Positions 40,201 to 51,983 of a stretch of 64,000 nt of DNA are shown here, piece by piece. This stretch comes from Epiperipatus broadwayi. Its lineage: Eukaryota; Animalia; Onychophora. The position numbers and the translations under genes were made by a program. The first letter of the stretch is position 1. Each line of letters starts with the position of its first letter. Under the pieces are notes generated by a model. That model was not told the DNA's origin. It saw nothing but the letters and a program-made list of their open reading frames with translations, and did not search any database. The stretch lies in the NCBI GenBank assembly GCA_028023455.1, contig JAQFVV010000011.1, positions 5,580,001 to 5,644,000 of the forward strand, given 5' to 3'.

Positions 40201-40899
40201 ATGAATGCATTTCATAAATAATTTTCACTCCTCAGTCTGTGTTGTCAGTGTTGTCAGTTTGACATTTTTCTATTTAATGTCTTTCATGCATGGTAGAATT
40301 TTTCAATTTTTTTAAATATTTTTATCAGTGCTTCTCTCTTCTCAACTCTCCATATTGCAACTATCCACCAGTGCAGAATTCAGTTCTCACTATGTATTCA
40401 TTTTGCAAACAATAGTTCATCAAATATCTGAATTTCCATACCTCTAGAAGATATACTTTCCAAACATAAAGACATTACTTTTTTTAAATATGATATTAAT
40501 TTTAATGACTGCACTTTAAGCTATTTTAATTCTTTTATTTGACACCATCTGACTCAAGTAATTATACATCTTTTAAATTTTTTTTAGTATTAAGTATAAT
40601 GTGCATAGACAATACTAATTTGTTAAAACATTATTTTACTGAAATTTATTTTGAACTTTTTTTCCAAACTTGCATAATCTTAAGTTCTTAGTTATTGTTG
40701 TAAAAATAATATTCACCACTTGTATTCATATGATTATTTAGATAGTCTCTATTTATTTCATTTTGATACATATATTTGTAAATTTATTGCTCAATATAAG
40801 ATTATTCTTCAAGCATATGCTAAAAATATTAGAAAAAGTCTAATGATGTCCCAAGATGGCTGTGTTGTAAAAATAATTTATGGACAATATCTTTACCAC

Positions 40900-41557
40900 A
40901 ATAATCTATTGATTAATACTGTTCCTTTGTTTGGAGAAAGAGTTGCCCACACTAAGCTTCTAGATATTCACCTAAATATTGCCATGAAAATTATTAGCAG
41001 CACATTCTAATTTACTCTTTTGCAGTGGCTTCCTATTCTTTCATATATTCCTTCATCAGATGTCAGAAGAGAAGTTGCTTCATAGTAAATATTAAAAAAG
41101 CTGTTTAATAGATCAGACTTTTTATTAACTCAAATTACAGTTCATCATCTACATTTCTTCTAAAATTAAGATCTCCCTTCTGAATGTTCAATTAAGAATA
41201 TACAATTGAAGAATTATGATGTAAAAAATTGAATTCTTAAAAAGTTCCAAAACATCCCATCCTTTAGGTCCATCGCCACTGGTCTTGATCTTTCTAGACA
41301 TAATTAGAATATTTATCAACAAATTTAAGATATCTCATAAATGAAATTTAACAGCTACTAATATACATAGATATGGACAAATGGAAATCATAAAGCACAT
41401 AGTTATTGATTGATAATTCTATGGTTGTAATGGCAGAATTGAAGAACTTAACAAAGCAAATAGTGAATTTGTTTCCCAGTTGGAATCTCTACAGATTTTT
41501 AAAATAATATTTTGTTAATGCTTAAAAAGAATTCATCTGCTAAATAAATAAATAAAT
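40900..41557 (+). pseudogene. Decayed 3' end of an I-group (Ingi/Vingi-like) LINE
   Basis: Translation gives ERVAHTKLLDIHLNIAMKIISST*FTLLQWLPILSYIPSSDVRRE, then GLDLSR..., then KHIVID..GRIEELNKA. This resembles the Vingi-type WxRSxHxKxxDxxLNxxxRxIxG...IxPPxxRR and QTxxHIVxxCP regions. Followed by a (TAAA)n tail. Confidence 0.62.
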
Positions 41558-43359
41558 CCCAAGATTCATTTTTGCTAAACTAGCTTCAGACTTTTATATA
41601 ATCTTAATGATAATTTACCATCTTTTACATAAATATTGTTAATAACTATTTATTAACAAGGCTGACTGATTAAACTAGTTCAGCAGAAATGCATTTTGGA
41701 GATCACTAGCTCCTGTTTCTGATATCTTTTGTTATATGCTTGACTACAAAAAGTATATTTAGTAATATGCATGTGAGAAATATCAGAAGAAATGAAAATA
41801 ATATTATGTATGATTGGAGTTTATGATTGTAGATATTTAATTAAGTCTATATTTTAATATTTTGTGTTTTCAATGTAAATTAGAGCCACCTAAAGCATGA
41901 TCCACAAGTTGTGTGCGATCCTTAGGGTTTTTGTGGCCTGCCTAAAACTTTTGATTTTTTCAAGTGATTAAAATAAAATAATTTGAATTAAATACTTATT
42001 AGATATTTTAATTATATTATTAATTAATAGACTTATTGATTTTATTGTTTAGTATTTTTACATCATTGTATATTCACATATTTTTCAACTGTAAGATGAA
42101 GGTGTATAAAAGAAGTGGCCTAGCACTATTTTATTTTAAAATCATGTTCGATTTATGGTGAATGTGTGCATAATTTGTTTTGTTCAGATATACTTCATCT
42201 GTAATTAATGGTAGAACTTTACAATCATTTTATATATGTGCTGTATTTATTATTTTGGATGCAGATCTGAGATAAATGTTTTCTTTTAGTGTGGCCTTAA
42301 GATTACTTAAGACTGATAATCTTGATCTAAACTATCAAAAATCTTTTTATTTGCTCAAAATAATTTTTCAATAACTTAATATAACTTTATGATTAAAGTA
42401 TAGTATTTTTGAATATTTTCTTAATAATTTTAATATGGCCTTTAAATATCCTGATTTTTTTATAGCCTTAGTTACAGTTTAAACATGTCTATCAACACAC
42501 ACAAAATTTAATGTCCTGTTTATATTCTATGAAATCTAAAGAAACTAAAAAGTTCATGTTCATTAAATCTTGAATTATTTTATTTACTACTTGTAGATAA
42601 TCCATAATCTGAAATCTTAGCATCTTTCCTATTAGATGAAAGTAAATCAGTTTTCTTTCTAATTTTTTTACATAGATTTTTAATAAAAAAGTTTAGAGAG
42701 TAGACAATAAAATAATACATGTGTAAGACGATAAAATAATAGGTCTGTAATTTTCTTGATTATCTTTGTTACTTTTTTATTTTATAATAAACAACACAAA
42801 TATATTTTTCAGGTTGTGAAAATTGTTTCAAGTATTTTGTATTCAAAATTAATATATTAATGTATTATCACCAGGTTTATATTCTCATCTTTTATGATTT
42901 TTTATTGTTTTATTAAAATTGAATATATAACATTAAATTACAACAAACAGGATTTCATTTAGATATATTGCATTCACATTTTCTCATCAAGTAAAATATT
43001 ACATTTACATAAAGGGAACTTACTTTTTTTGCTCTTTTTTTTTTTTTTTTTAATAATGATCCTGTTTTTAATTTTTTAAAAGGCAAAATAGAAGATTGTT
43101 TTGTTATAGCTTGAGTTTGTTTAGTTTTTTCATTTGTTATTTTGATTAAACTGCAATTAAATGAATAATATTTTGCAATACATTGCTAACAAATCTTGTT
43201 AATTATTTTTAACTATTTTTATACTTTCATCTTACCTTTAATAATTATTTTATGAAATGTAGTATCTTATATCTTATCAAAAAAAAAAAAAATAGCAATT
43301 AAGTTGCAACTTCCATAATGTGGTAATTCATTTCATTATTCAAACTTTTCTTTCTGCAG

Positions 43360-43420
43360 AGATAGAGTCACGATCTCAAATCTAAAGATGCCAGACAAAT
43401 TTCAGATAAGTAAAGTCTAA
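43360..43420 (+). CDS. Putative terminal coding exon (DRVTISNLKMPDKFQISKV*, phase 2)
   Basis: Strong acceptor cttttctttctgcAG. Joins the 22864 donor in frame (AG+A = Arg). Ends in an S-x-V class I PDZ-ligand-like motif. Followed by ~5 kb of AT-rich, relatively TE-poor, UTR-like sequence. Confidence 0.5.
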
Positions 43421-45485
43421 CTGAACAAAAGTGTTAAATGCTCAATCTACTACCAGGTTTCATGATTGTCATATGATTTATTGAGCTATTAACTATGTGA
43501 TTAATATACATCATTCAAATCATTTAAATTCTTACAATTTTAAAATAGTGAATTTATTTTTGAACTCTATCTAAAATATTACTTCACTAAGGATTTCCAA
43601 ATCTATATGTATAGAACTTGTTAAGCATTTCAATTTAAGTATCAAAATATTAGATCAGTATTATGCTAATTGTGATCACTGTAAGTACTGAAGTTGTTGT
43701 TCTGTCTTTAGCAATATTTTTGTTATTATACAAAATTAATGTTTATTTGGGATACGATAAGTTTTAATGAGTTGTATTCTGTAAAAAAAAAAAAAAAAGA
43801 AAGAATTTAAACATATTAATTTCTGAAAATTTAATCAGAATAAATGATTAATAAATATATAGAATTGCCTGCCATCAGTTTTTAAATATCTTCATAAAAT
43901 TTTGTAACTTTCTTATATAGATGAGGTTTGAAGTTGGATGTCATTTTAGATTATGTATGACCAAGACTTTAAATATCAAAACAGATAATTTATTAAAAAT
44001 AAATTATACTAGTCAGTGTTTTTCTGGTTTTCTATTGCTTATGTTAGTATTTTTATTTATGAATTATTTCTTTAAATTTAGTTTATCATATAATCTTAAC
44101 CCTTATTTGGCACTTGAATATTTTCAAATGCAAATTCTCCATTTACAAATGCTTTATTTTGTTTTACTATTTTTTCCCCAACTTTTTCTTTGTAATCAAG
44201 AAAAGCAATAGACATTTTTTTTTTATTTCATTGCCTTTTCTTACAAAAACATTTCACTACAATCTTTTCATTAACTAGATTGTTTTATTTAAATCACTGT
44301 GTACCTCATCTTTATTCTTTGTTTCTAAGGTTTCACTTTTGTCTTCAGTCTAACATTGAGGAAATGCAAATCTTTTTTCTCAATAATTTTTGGAAAAATT
44401 AAAGAGACAACAATTTATGCAATTGCATATATGTAGGTGGCCACTTGGAGTTTGGTCTATTTTAATCATGCCTGTAAGTATGATTATGTATTTTTATTTT
44501 GTTTACTATCAAAATATTTTAATTCTTTTTCATTATATATTGCAATTATCCTAATTTTCTTTTAATTCTTTGTTCATCTGATATTCTATATTGATTTATA
44601 ATATCTAATTTTAGAAGGAAAAAAATATCAGATCTAAACAATTATTGTACAATTTAATGTACCTAATTAATGCAAATCACTAAACAATGTTCTAAAACTG
44701 AATTAAAAGCTTAGTATTTGACTTATTTTCCTAGATCTATGGTAGCAAACACTTTTTTTTCCAATCAATTTTTTATTTTTTGGATATAGTGTTTACATTT
44801 TTTGTTATAATTTAAATGTGATTGTGTATAATCCAGTATGAATATAAACAGCATTTTAAAGAAAAATGCAATGAAAAAATTTGTGAATGAATTTTGTTAA
44901 ATTAACTTTATAATATTTATAAAATTTTCAGTGATCTTGTAAATTAATTAACATATCTCCATTCATTTCATGAAAATTACTAGTATTACTTCACTCCTGT
45001 CTTTCATTTATATATGGAATTTTTTTAAGTACGTGAGGATTTTCCAAAGAACCTTAGGATTTTAATAGATGCCAGCCTATGATAATCTAGTTACTCTTCC
45101 AGAATTGATCTACAAATGGGTATATAGGTATTTTTTTATTAGGTTGATCAAGATCCTGGATTTCCCAGTTTGGCATTAAGACTTTGGAGATGTAAAGGAG
45201 CATATACTTTTAGACAACAAAAGTATCTTTTTATTTTTAACTTGATTTTTTGGGCTTAATTTTTTTAATATGTGTTCTTAGAAATAATCACTTTATAATA
45301 TCTGAAATGATTCTGACAGTGTCATCCAGCATTAGCAGTGAAGTTTTTAAATAATTTTAATTTATGCCTACTCCTCTAGGATTACAAGGATACACACGTA
45401 TAAAAGTCATTATAAAATAATGTACTGTATACAGTATATATAAACTAAATCTAATACGAAATTCAAATATAATTTTTTTTTTCAT

Positions 45486-45550
45486 GTGTCATAGCGTCGG
45501 CCGGGAAGCGAACCCACTAACCCGGGACAACTGTTTGTAAAGCGACTGTA
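45486..45550 (-). pseudogene. tRNA(Gly)-like 3' half / SINE head remnant
   Basis: Minus strand CCCGGGTT-AGTG-GGTTCGCTTCCCGGCCGACGC resembles the tRNA-Gly(GCC) 3' end CCCGGGTTCGATTCCCGGCCGATGCA. No 5' half. CpG-rich. Confidence 0.45.
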
Positions 45551-48500
45551 TAACACATTTAAAATAAGATGATTTTTATAAAAAAATATTTTTATTGATA
45601 CTATATACTACTTTATAAAACAATAGAAATATCCATGTTTGTATCCTACTAACTATTTTATCAAATTTAAATATTCGTCAGATTATATAACTTCTAACAA
45701 ATTATTTACCTTATTTTGCAAATTTTAAAATTTCTGATTCTTTCTCTCTCTTTTTTTATGAGTAATTATTATAATTACTGAAGAGATTTTATGGAAATAA
45801 TCTCTTTAGAAAATACTTAGTTTAATTAAATCATTTCACTCTTAATTAAATTGATCAATAAGCTTTGCATACATAATATGAATTTAAAACAAAAGATTTG
45901 TATGTTCTCGTATACAAAGGTTAAAAAGGATTTTATTTCACGATATTTAGTGCTATTTTATTAATGTCTGTTGAGCATCTCACAATGGCAAACTTACTGT
46001 ATGTAACTTGTTGATTTGTGATTGCTGTCATTTGGACTGCGAGTTTATAATTGATATCATCATCAGCTAAGAAGATGCTTGCAGTCACTGCTGTGAGATT
46101 GCAGGGTGTCCCATTTTCAGGCGGGTGCTAAAAGCATGAGGTGAAGTAAATGAAGCAAATCTTAAACTTTATTATCAGCTTGTCATAACTCAATCACAGC
46201 TTATGAGAAACCTGTGGCAAATCTCAGAATTTTGATTACTTTTTCTTTTCTTTCTTCTTTTTTTTAAATGAGGTTTTATTTAACCAAATTAGATAGACTT
46301 TATTAAATCAATACTTACAGTTTTTTAATTTCAAATTTATACATTTTATGAATGTAAGTTGTGCTAGTAATTTTGAAAATTAATTTTTATAGCGCATAAT
46401 ATATTTATACTGACACACACACACACTCACACACAAACACCTCATTTACTTAAGGATACTTTTCATATTCAAAAAGTAAGACGGCAAGATCATAGAATTC
46501 ACTATGTATTTTTCACTTTGCTGGATATATTGAATTCATAATTCTAAGCCTCATTTTTGTCCATTGCAATTTATCACAATGGTAGAGAGGCAGATTCAAA
46601 GCTAAAGGTTCCTAAGTCAGTTCCAGCTAAGTAAAGAAAAAAATTAGATTTTTTTTAATTAATTGAAACCATTGAGCCCAGTATGCCATTTGTGTGCTTG
46701 AATGTCATGTGTCTTCCCAAGAAAATGATTATATTTAACTACATGTTTCATTGACATCTACATTGGATTGTAATTATGATACAGATGAATAGTGTCAAGT
46801 TTTCTATAAAAATATGTGGTGAATATCTGTCTAGCTTTCATGTAAAGGAAAATATTCACATTATAAAGATTATATTAAAGACTCTCTAAAGGCATACGAC
46901 CTTGATTGTTTCATTGAGAAGATATAGCTGAGGATAGAATAGAAGGAAAAATTACAAATAGAAAATGGTCATGTGTTCTTTTAGAAAAAAAAGTTTGGTT
47001 CAGAACTTAAAAGACAGCAGCTTCGAAAATATTGAATTAAAAGATCCGTGAATGATATATGTGGTCCTATTTATAGTTAATTCATGGTCTTATATACTAT
47101 AACAAAATTTGACTTTAATCTTTAATTCTTTCCTCTGTTTCTCTCTTCTTTATATTTTGGAATCAGGATGACATATTTTTTTATATGTGGATATTTTATT
47201 CAAATACAAAGTGCATAAAACTCTGAAGTTCTATATATATGTATTTATCATGTCCTGTCTAGAATGTTATTCTATGATTTAAGATAATGTTAAGCATCTG
47301 ATTCTACTCATATACCAGGTTATAATGAAAGAAGCATGTATTTATGGAATTTTGCTTTTTTTTTAAACAAATGAAAAATACTGATAAATAATTTCAACAA
47401 TAAACAAAATTCATTTGAATCTAATAAATAATAATGATTCAAATGATAGGTTCTCTTATAGTATATGCAGGAATATTATAATGTAAATAAACTTTTATAT
47501 ATCACCAGATGTTGTTTCAAACCTTTTTGATTAGCTGAATCAAATGTCTTGACTAAATAGGTAAAAACAGTGTATAAATTGCATCTTTAATTATGATTCT
47601 TTTTCTCTGTATTTTTTTTAAAGAAGTTTATTGTTACATCAGAGCAGGTAATTGAACTTGACCGTTTTTAAAAAAAATGAAAATGATAGTGCAATGATGG
47701 TCATTGACAAATAATAATGAATTATGATCATACTATTTTGAGAGTAGTCTGTAGCAAGATGGAACTACTGCATACATAAATAAAATCACAATGAAAATTG
47801 TTACAGAATTTTGAAATCAATTATCAGATTATTGCAATGCTATAAATTATAGAATTAAACTTAAATGTAATATATATATATTCTAAAAAGGACAACTTTC
47901 TTAAAATCACAAGGAAAATTTGTAATGGCCATGTCTATTTGTGAGAATGGAGGATTCAAAAATCTCAGTTTTGTATTAGAAATGAAATAGTGTGCTCAGT
48001 CTGGCATTGTGATTTTTTTTTAAAGTTGTAAACGTATATTAACAATAAATAATGAAGTATTGATATAACTGTATTCAAGATTGTCTACAAATTCAATATT
48101 TATTGGGAAAGAAATTCATTTAAATACAAGTCAAAATATATATACACAAATACAAATATCAAACATCACAACTTTTTTGTTTTCTTTCCCTGTACCTGGA
48201 AATTTTTTAATACATAAAGACAGACTAAATTGCCATAGTTGTCATAAAATTTCATTGTAGTCCATTACAGAAAAAATACTTTTTTTTTTTGACTAGGTTG
48301 TTTCCAGTCATAAATGAATGGTTACAAGAAACTCAACGTAGTAAAAAAAATACACATATATAGATCAATTAAGAAGTAAATTATACTTCTTTTCTTTAAA
48401 TAGGCTTTTTTGCAATAATATTTCTATATATTATAACATTTATACAAACAGCATAATTGAATCAATGTTCTTAAAAAAAATATTGTAATTAAAAATTTGT

Positions 48501-49786
48501 TATAAGCTTTTTTGAGATGCTATTTTGCAGAAGGGATAAAAAATGAAAATCTCAAATTACTAACTTATTTTAACAATAACTGACAAATTAAGAAAAACAA
48601 AAAAAAAATAGTATATACTCATGTCACACAGACAAATGTATTTACTATACAATGTTTATTTTTATTTTTAAAATGTGTTGTATTAATTTATTTAAAACTG
48701 AATAAAAATTTTATTTTAATAAATTTTAATTCATGACAAAATAATAAAAATCTGGCTAAAAAAATTAAAGCTCTCCTCAAAATTATTTCTACTAAAGGTG
48801 GTATTAGATTATCAGTTGTTGAAAAACTTGGAGTCAGTTTATATATATTGGAATTAGGAAAGTGTTTGCAGTAAGAATATTGAGACTCAAAACTTAGTTA
48901 AACCAATTCTATTTAGTGTCCATAATTATTATTCATTGCTTTTGTAAGGATTAATGAAAATTAGTAGAATAATTTTCATTATTATGCATTATTTAAAAGA
49001 TTTTTTCATTTTTTTAGATTTAGTCACATGAGAAATTAAATATCAATTGCAATCATAGCATTTACTAGGCTGTGAATTGAAGAGTTATTTGAATTTTAAT
49101 TTCTTACTTTATCTTCTAGTTAAAAATAGTTAGATATTTATGAAATGATCAATATTGAATGGGTAATTGGTATAATATGAGCATGGGTTTTCTATCTAAG
49201 AAAAATCTTAATTCATCTCAGAATTTATTTATTTGAAAATTTCAGGCTCAGTCCTGAATTTTGAATCTCAGGTTATGAACCTGTTAGATGCATGCATCAT
49301 TTATGAAACTTTATTGGAATAAAAATATATAATTTATAACTTAATGAATTAAATCAAAACATTTTTTTTGTCATGTGAAGTATAACTAATAGTTAATTAA
49401 AAAATCTGCAGATGTTTTAGTCAGACATTCTTCATAAGATGCTGCAAATTAAAGATAAGATGCTGAAGAAGTGATTTTAATTATGTGAGATATACTGTAC
49501 AATTTATTTGACACAAACATTAATTATTCAAAATGCTTGAAATTGAAAAATCTTCAAGATTTATATTGTAAATTTGATGTTGCATAATTGGAAAGCTAAA
49601 ATATAGAAATTTTGTATAATTTAATTTCTGTGTGTGTTTTTTTGTTGTTAAAGTATTTTTTAAAAGCTATCAAAATTATAATTTTAGTTGTCAATGTAAA
49701 ATATATAGTAACAAGTTATTAAAGATTTCCAGTTGCTTATTTTAAGTTTAATTTTATTTTATGAAATTATTCTTGTTAAAAAAATT

Positions 49787-51187
49787 GGTACTAGTAAACT
49801 ATTCACTGTGCAGCCTGTGTTGGCACTGTTTCTGTGTAAAAACACAGAATTATACTGCTTTCGTGGCTGAACCTATGGCTAATAAACGAGTGATCATTAA
49901 TATACGAGTAGATTGTATGTAGTGGTTATAATACGCGGCCAATTACTTCCGCGTATCAATAACACTACGTCTACTAACAATACTATGATCGTATAGTTTG
50001 CCATTGATTTCATTGCGGATTGAATTCCTATATGCATATTGACAGAATTTGTATCGTCACTAGAATTTAAGATGAGAGTGTGAGCATTGTCTTCTTTTTC
50101 AAGTGTTTATTTGTTAATGTTTATGATTTTCTGTATTTCCCAACTGAAAGATTTTTGCGTACTAGTAATTTTCAGTGTATTATTGATATTTGTCAAAAAT
50201 TTTTTTTTGGCTAATTTTGGCTTTTTTTGGGGTCTCTGGCAGACGATTGGAGTTGTTTGTGGAAAAATACCGTTTCTGTCATGACAAGAGTTGAAAAAGA
50301 ACAAAATGTCTACCACGTTATTATATTTGTGGGACATCCCAAACAGAGAAAGTGAAGCAGTTGCATTTTTTCAAGCCCAAAACATCCTGCCATTCATTAT
50401 AGTTGATTTAGTTCAGTCATATGTGGTTAATAAATTTATTTTCTGGAAAGAATTTGTGTATTGTTTGCGATTATTTTTATCTGTAAATCATGTAATTAAC
50501 ACCCAGAATGACAGTGTCAAAAAGGGGCGGCGTAGTTTGTTGGACATCTCTTGATTTTTTTTAAAAAAAATACTTCTTCTTTTGACATACCTATTCGTTC
50601 CGTTTAGAAGCAAAAAGAGGTTTTTTGTTGTTGTTGTTTTAAATCAATAAACAGCAGCACGTTAAGTAGATTTTAAAAATGAACCCGAGTTTAATTTTTG
50701 TTGTTAAAAAAGAATAAAAATACGTTTTATTGAAAAAGTTAAAACTGTCCCTTATTACTTTGAAATGTATCGAATCCAAAACCAAAAAATAAAAGACGTA
50801 TGTAAAAAAGAAACAGTAGATTTAGAATGGAAATCCCCCCACCCACCCCCAATAAAGGTGTATGTCAAAAATTATGTACTTTTGAGATCCAAAAAAAAGG
50901 TCAAAGTCTCCTTTATAGTTTTAAATTTATCAAATGAAAACAAAAAAAAATAATTGTGTCCAAAACAAACAACAACAATATATTAAATATTAAAAATAAA
51001 TAAATAATTATGTCCAAAACAAACAACAACAATATATTAAATATTAAAAAAAAATATTACAGCCGTATGTTAAAATACGATCTATTAGATAAAAAAAAAA
51101 TCTAGCGGCCCAGTAATGTTATAACGCTCTGTTTTTAACTAGAAACAGCGCCACCAAAGGCTGCACAGTTAATAGTTTACTAGAACC
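49787..51187 (+). mobile_element. Merlin (ISXO2/IS1016-like) DNA transposon, internal-deletion derivative
   Basis: Imperfect ~65-bp TIRs GGT(A/T)CTAGTAAACTATT(C/A)ACTGTGCAGCCT. Perfect 8-bp TSD AAAAAATT (49779-49786, 51188-51195). Transposase N-terminal remnant MSTTLLYLWDIPNRESEAVAFFQAQNILP (50306-50392) fused to a C-terminal-like DLVQSYVVNKFIFWKEF. Confidence 0.75.
50948..51050. repeat. 54-bp tandem duplication inside the Merlin element
   Basis: aaataatt(g/a)tgtccaaaacaaacaacaacaatatattaaatattaaaaa occurs twice. Confidence 0.9.
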
Positions 51188-51590
51188 AAAAAATTAAATA
51201 ACTTAAAATATTTATATATTACTCTGGTATCTTTTTAGTTATTTTGCTTTAATTAGTTCAATTTTTGAGTAATCATTGATTGGTTGTAATTTTGTGTATT
51301 AATGAAAAGTTTTCTTAACTTTATGGTTTTTCTGCCTTGACAAACAGGTTGCATTGACGTTTTTGTTTTGTAATAAATCTATAAATATTACCTGACATCT
51401 TAAGGAAGACAATATTAAAGATATTTTAATTTTCAAATTTTTTAATTGCTGTAATTATATATATAGTGGAAAAAGACAAAAAAAAAACATCATTGTAAAA
51501 GTTTATAAACTTAAATTCAGAAATCTAAATTTCAAAATTCTATTTTATTTTCATTGGATTCTTTTATTATTTTTCTCTGTTAGATTTTCA

Positions 51591-51983
51591 TATGTTAAGA
51601 TAATTTTAAATTGAAAAAATGAAATTAATTAAAAAAGCTACTCTATTTTTAACTTTATCCAAAAATTGAAAAAAATCACATAACCACACTTTTTTAATAT
51701 TAAATATAAAGATACACTTATATTTTTCCTGTCTATATAGCTTAAAATATTATGTTTAACATATTTAATTCCCAATTCCTATTTATTTTTTCTTAAGATA
51801 TAAATAGGAATTGAAAATTAAATATGTTAAACATAAGTAAGTGAAGAACAGGAAAAATATAGGTGTGTGTTTATGTTTAATACATAAAAATGATTTGATT
51901 TTTTTAAATTTTTGACTAAAGTTATAAACAAGGTAATTTGTCATTAATTTCATTTTTTTAATTTTACATTATCTTGTAACATA
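51591..51983. mobile_element. AT-rich fold-back (MITE-like) palindrome, ~390 bp
   Basis: Near-perfect centre ttatgtttaacatatttaatt..caattcctatttat / ataaataggaattg..aattaaatatgttaaacataa. Outer arms match in patches (tatatttttcctgt/acaggaaaaatata, aaaaaatgaaattaat/attaatttcatttttt). Termini TA-TGTT...AACA-TA. Confidence 0.65.

Noticed and set aside
41030-41060. Minus-strand CTGATGAAGG
   Set aside because: No helix II or GAAAC context. Part of the Vingi-like coding remnant.
45960-46230. GC-richer segment with (GAT)3 tail on the minus strand, possibly a LINE/SINE 3' end
   Set aside because: No diagnostic motif or TSD, so it cannot be classified.
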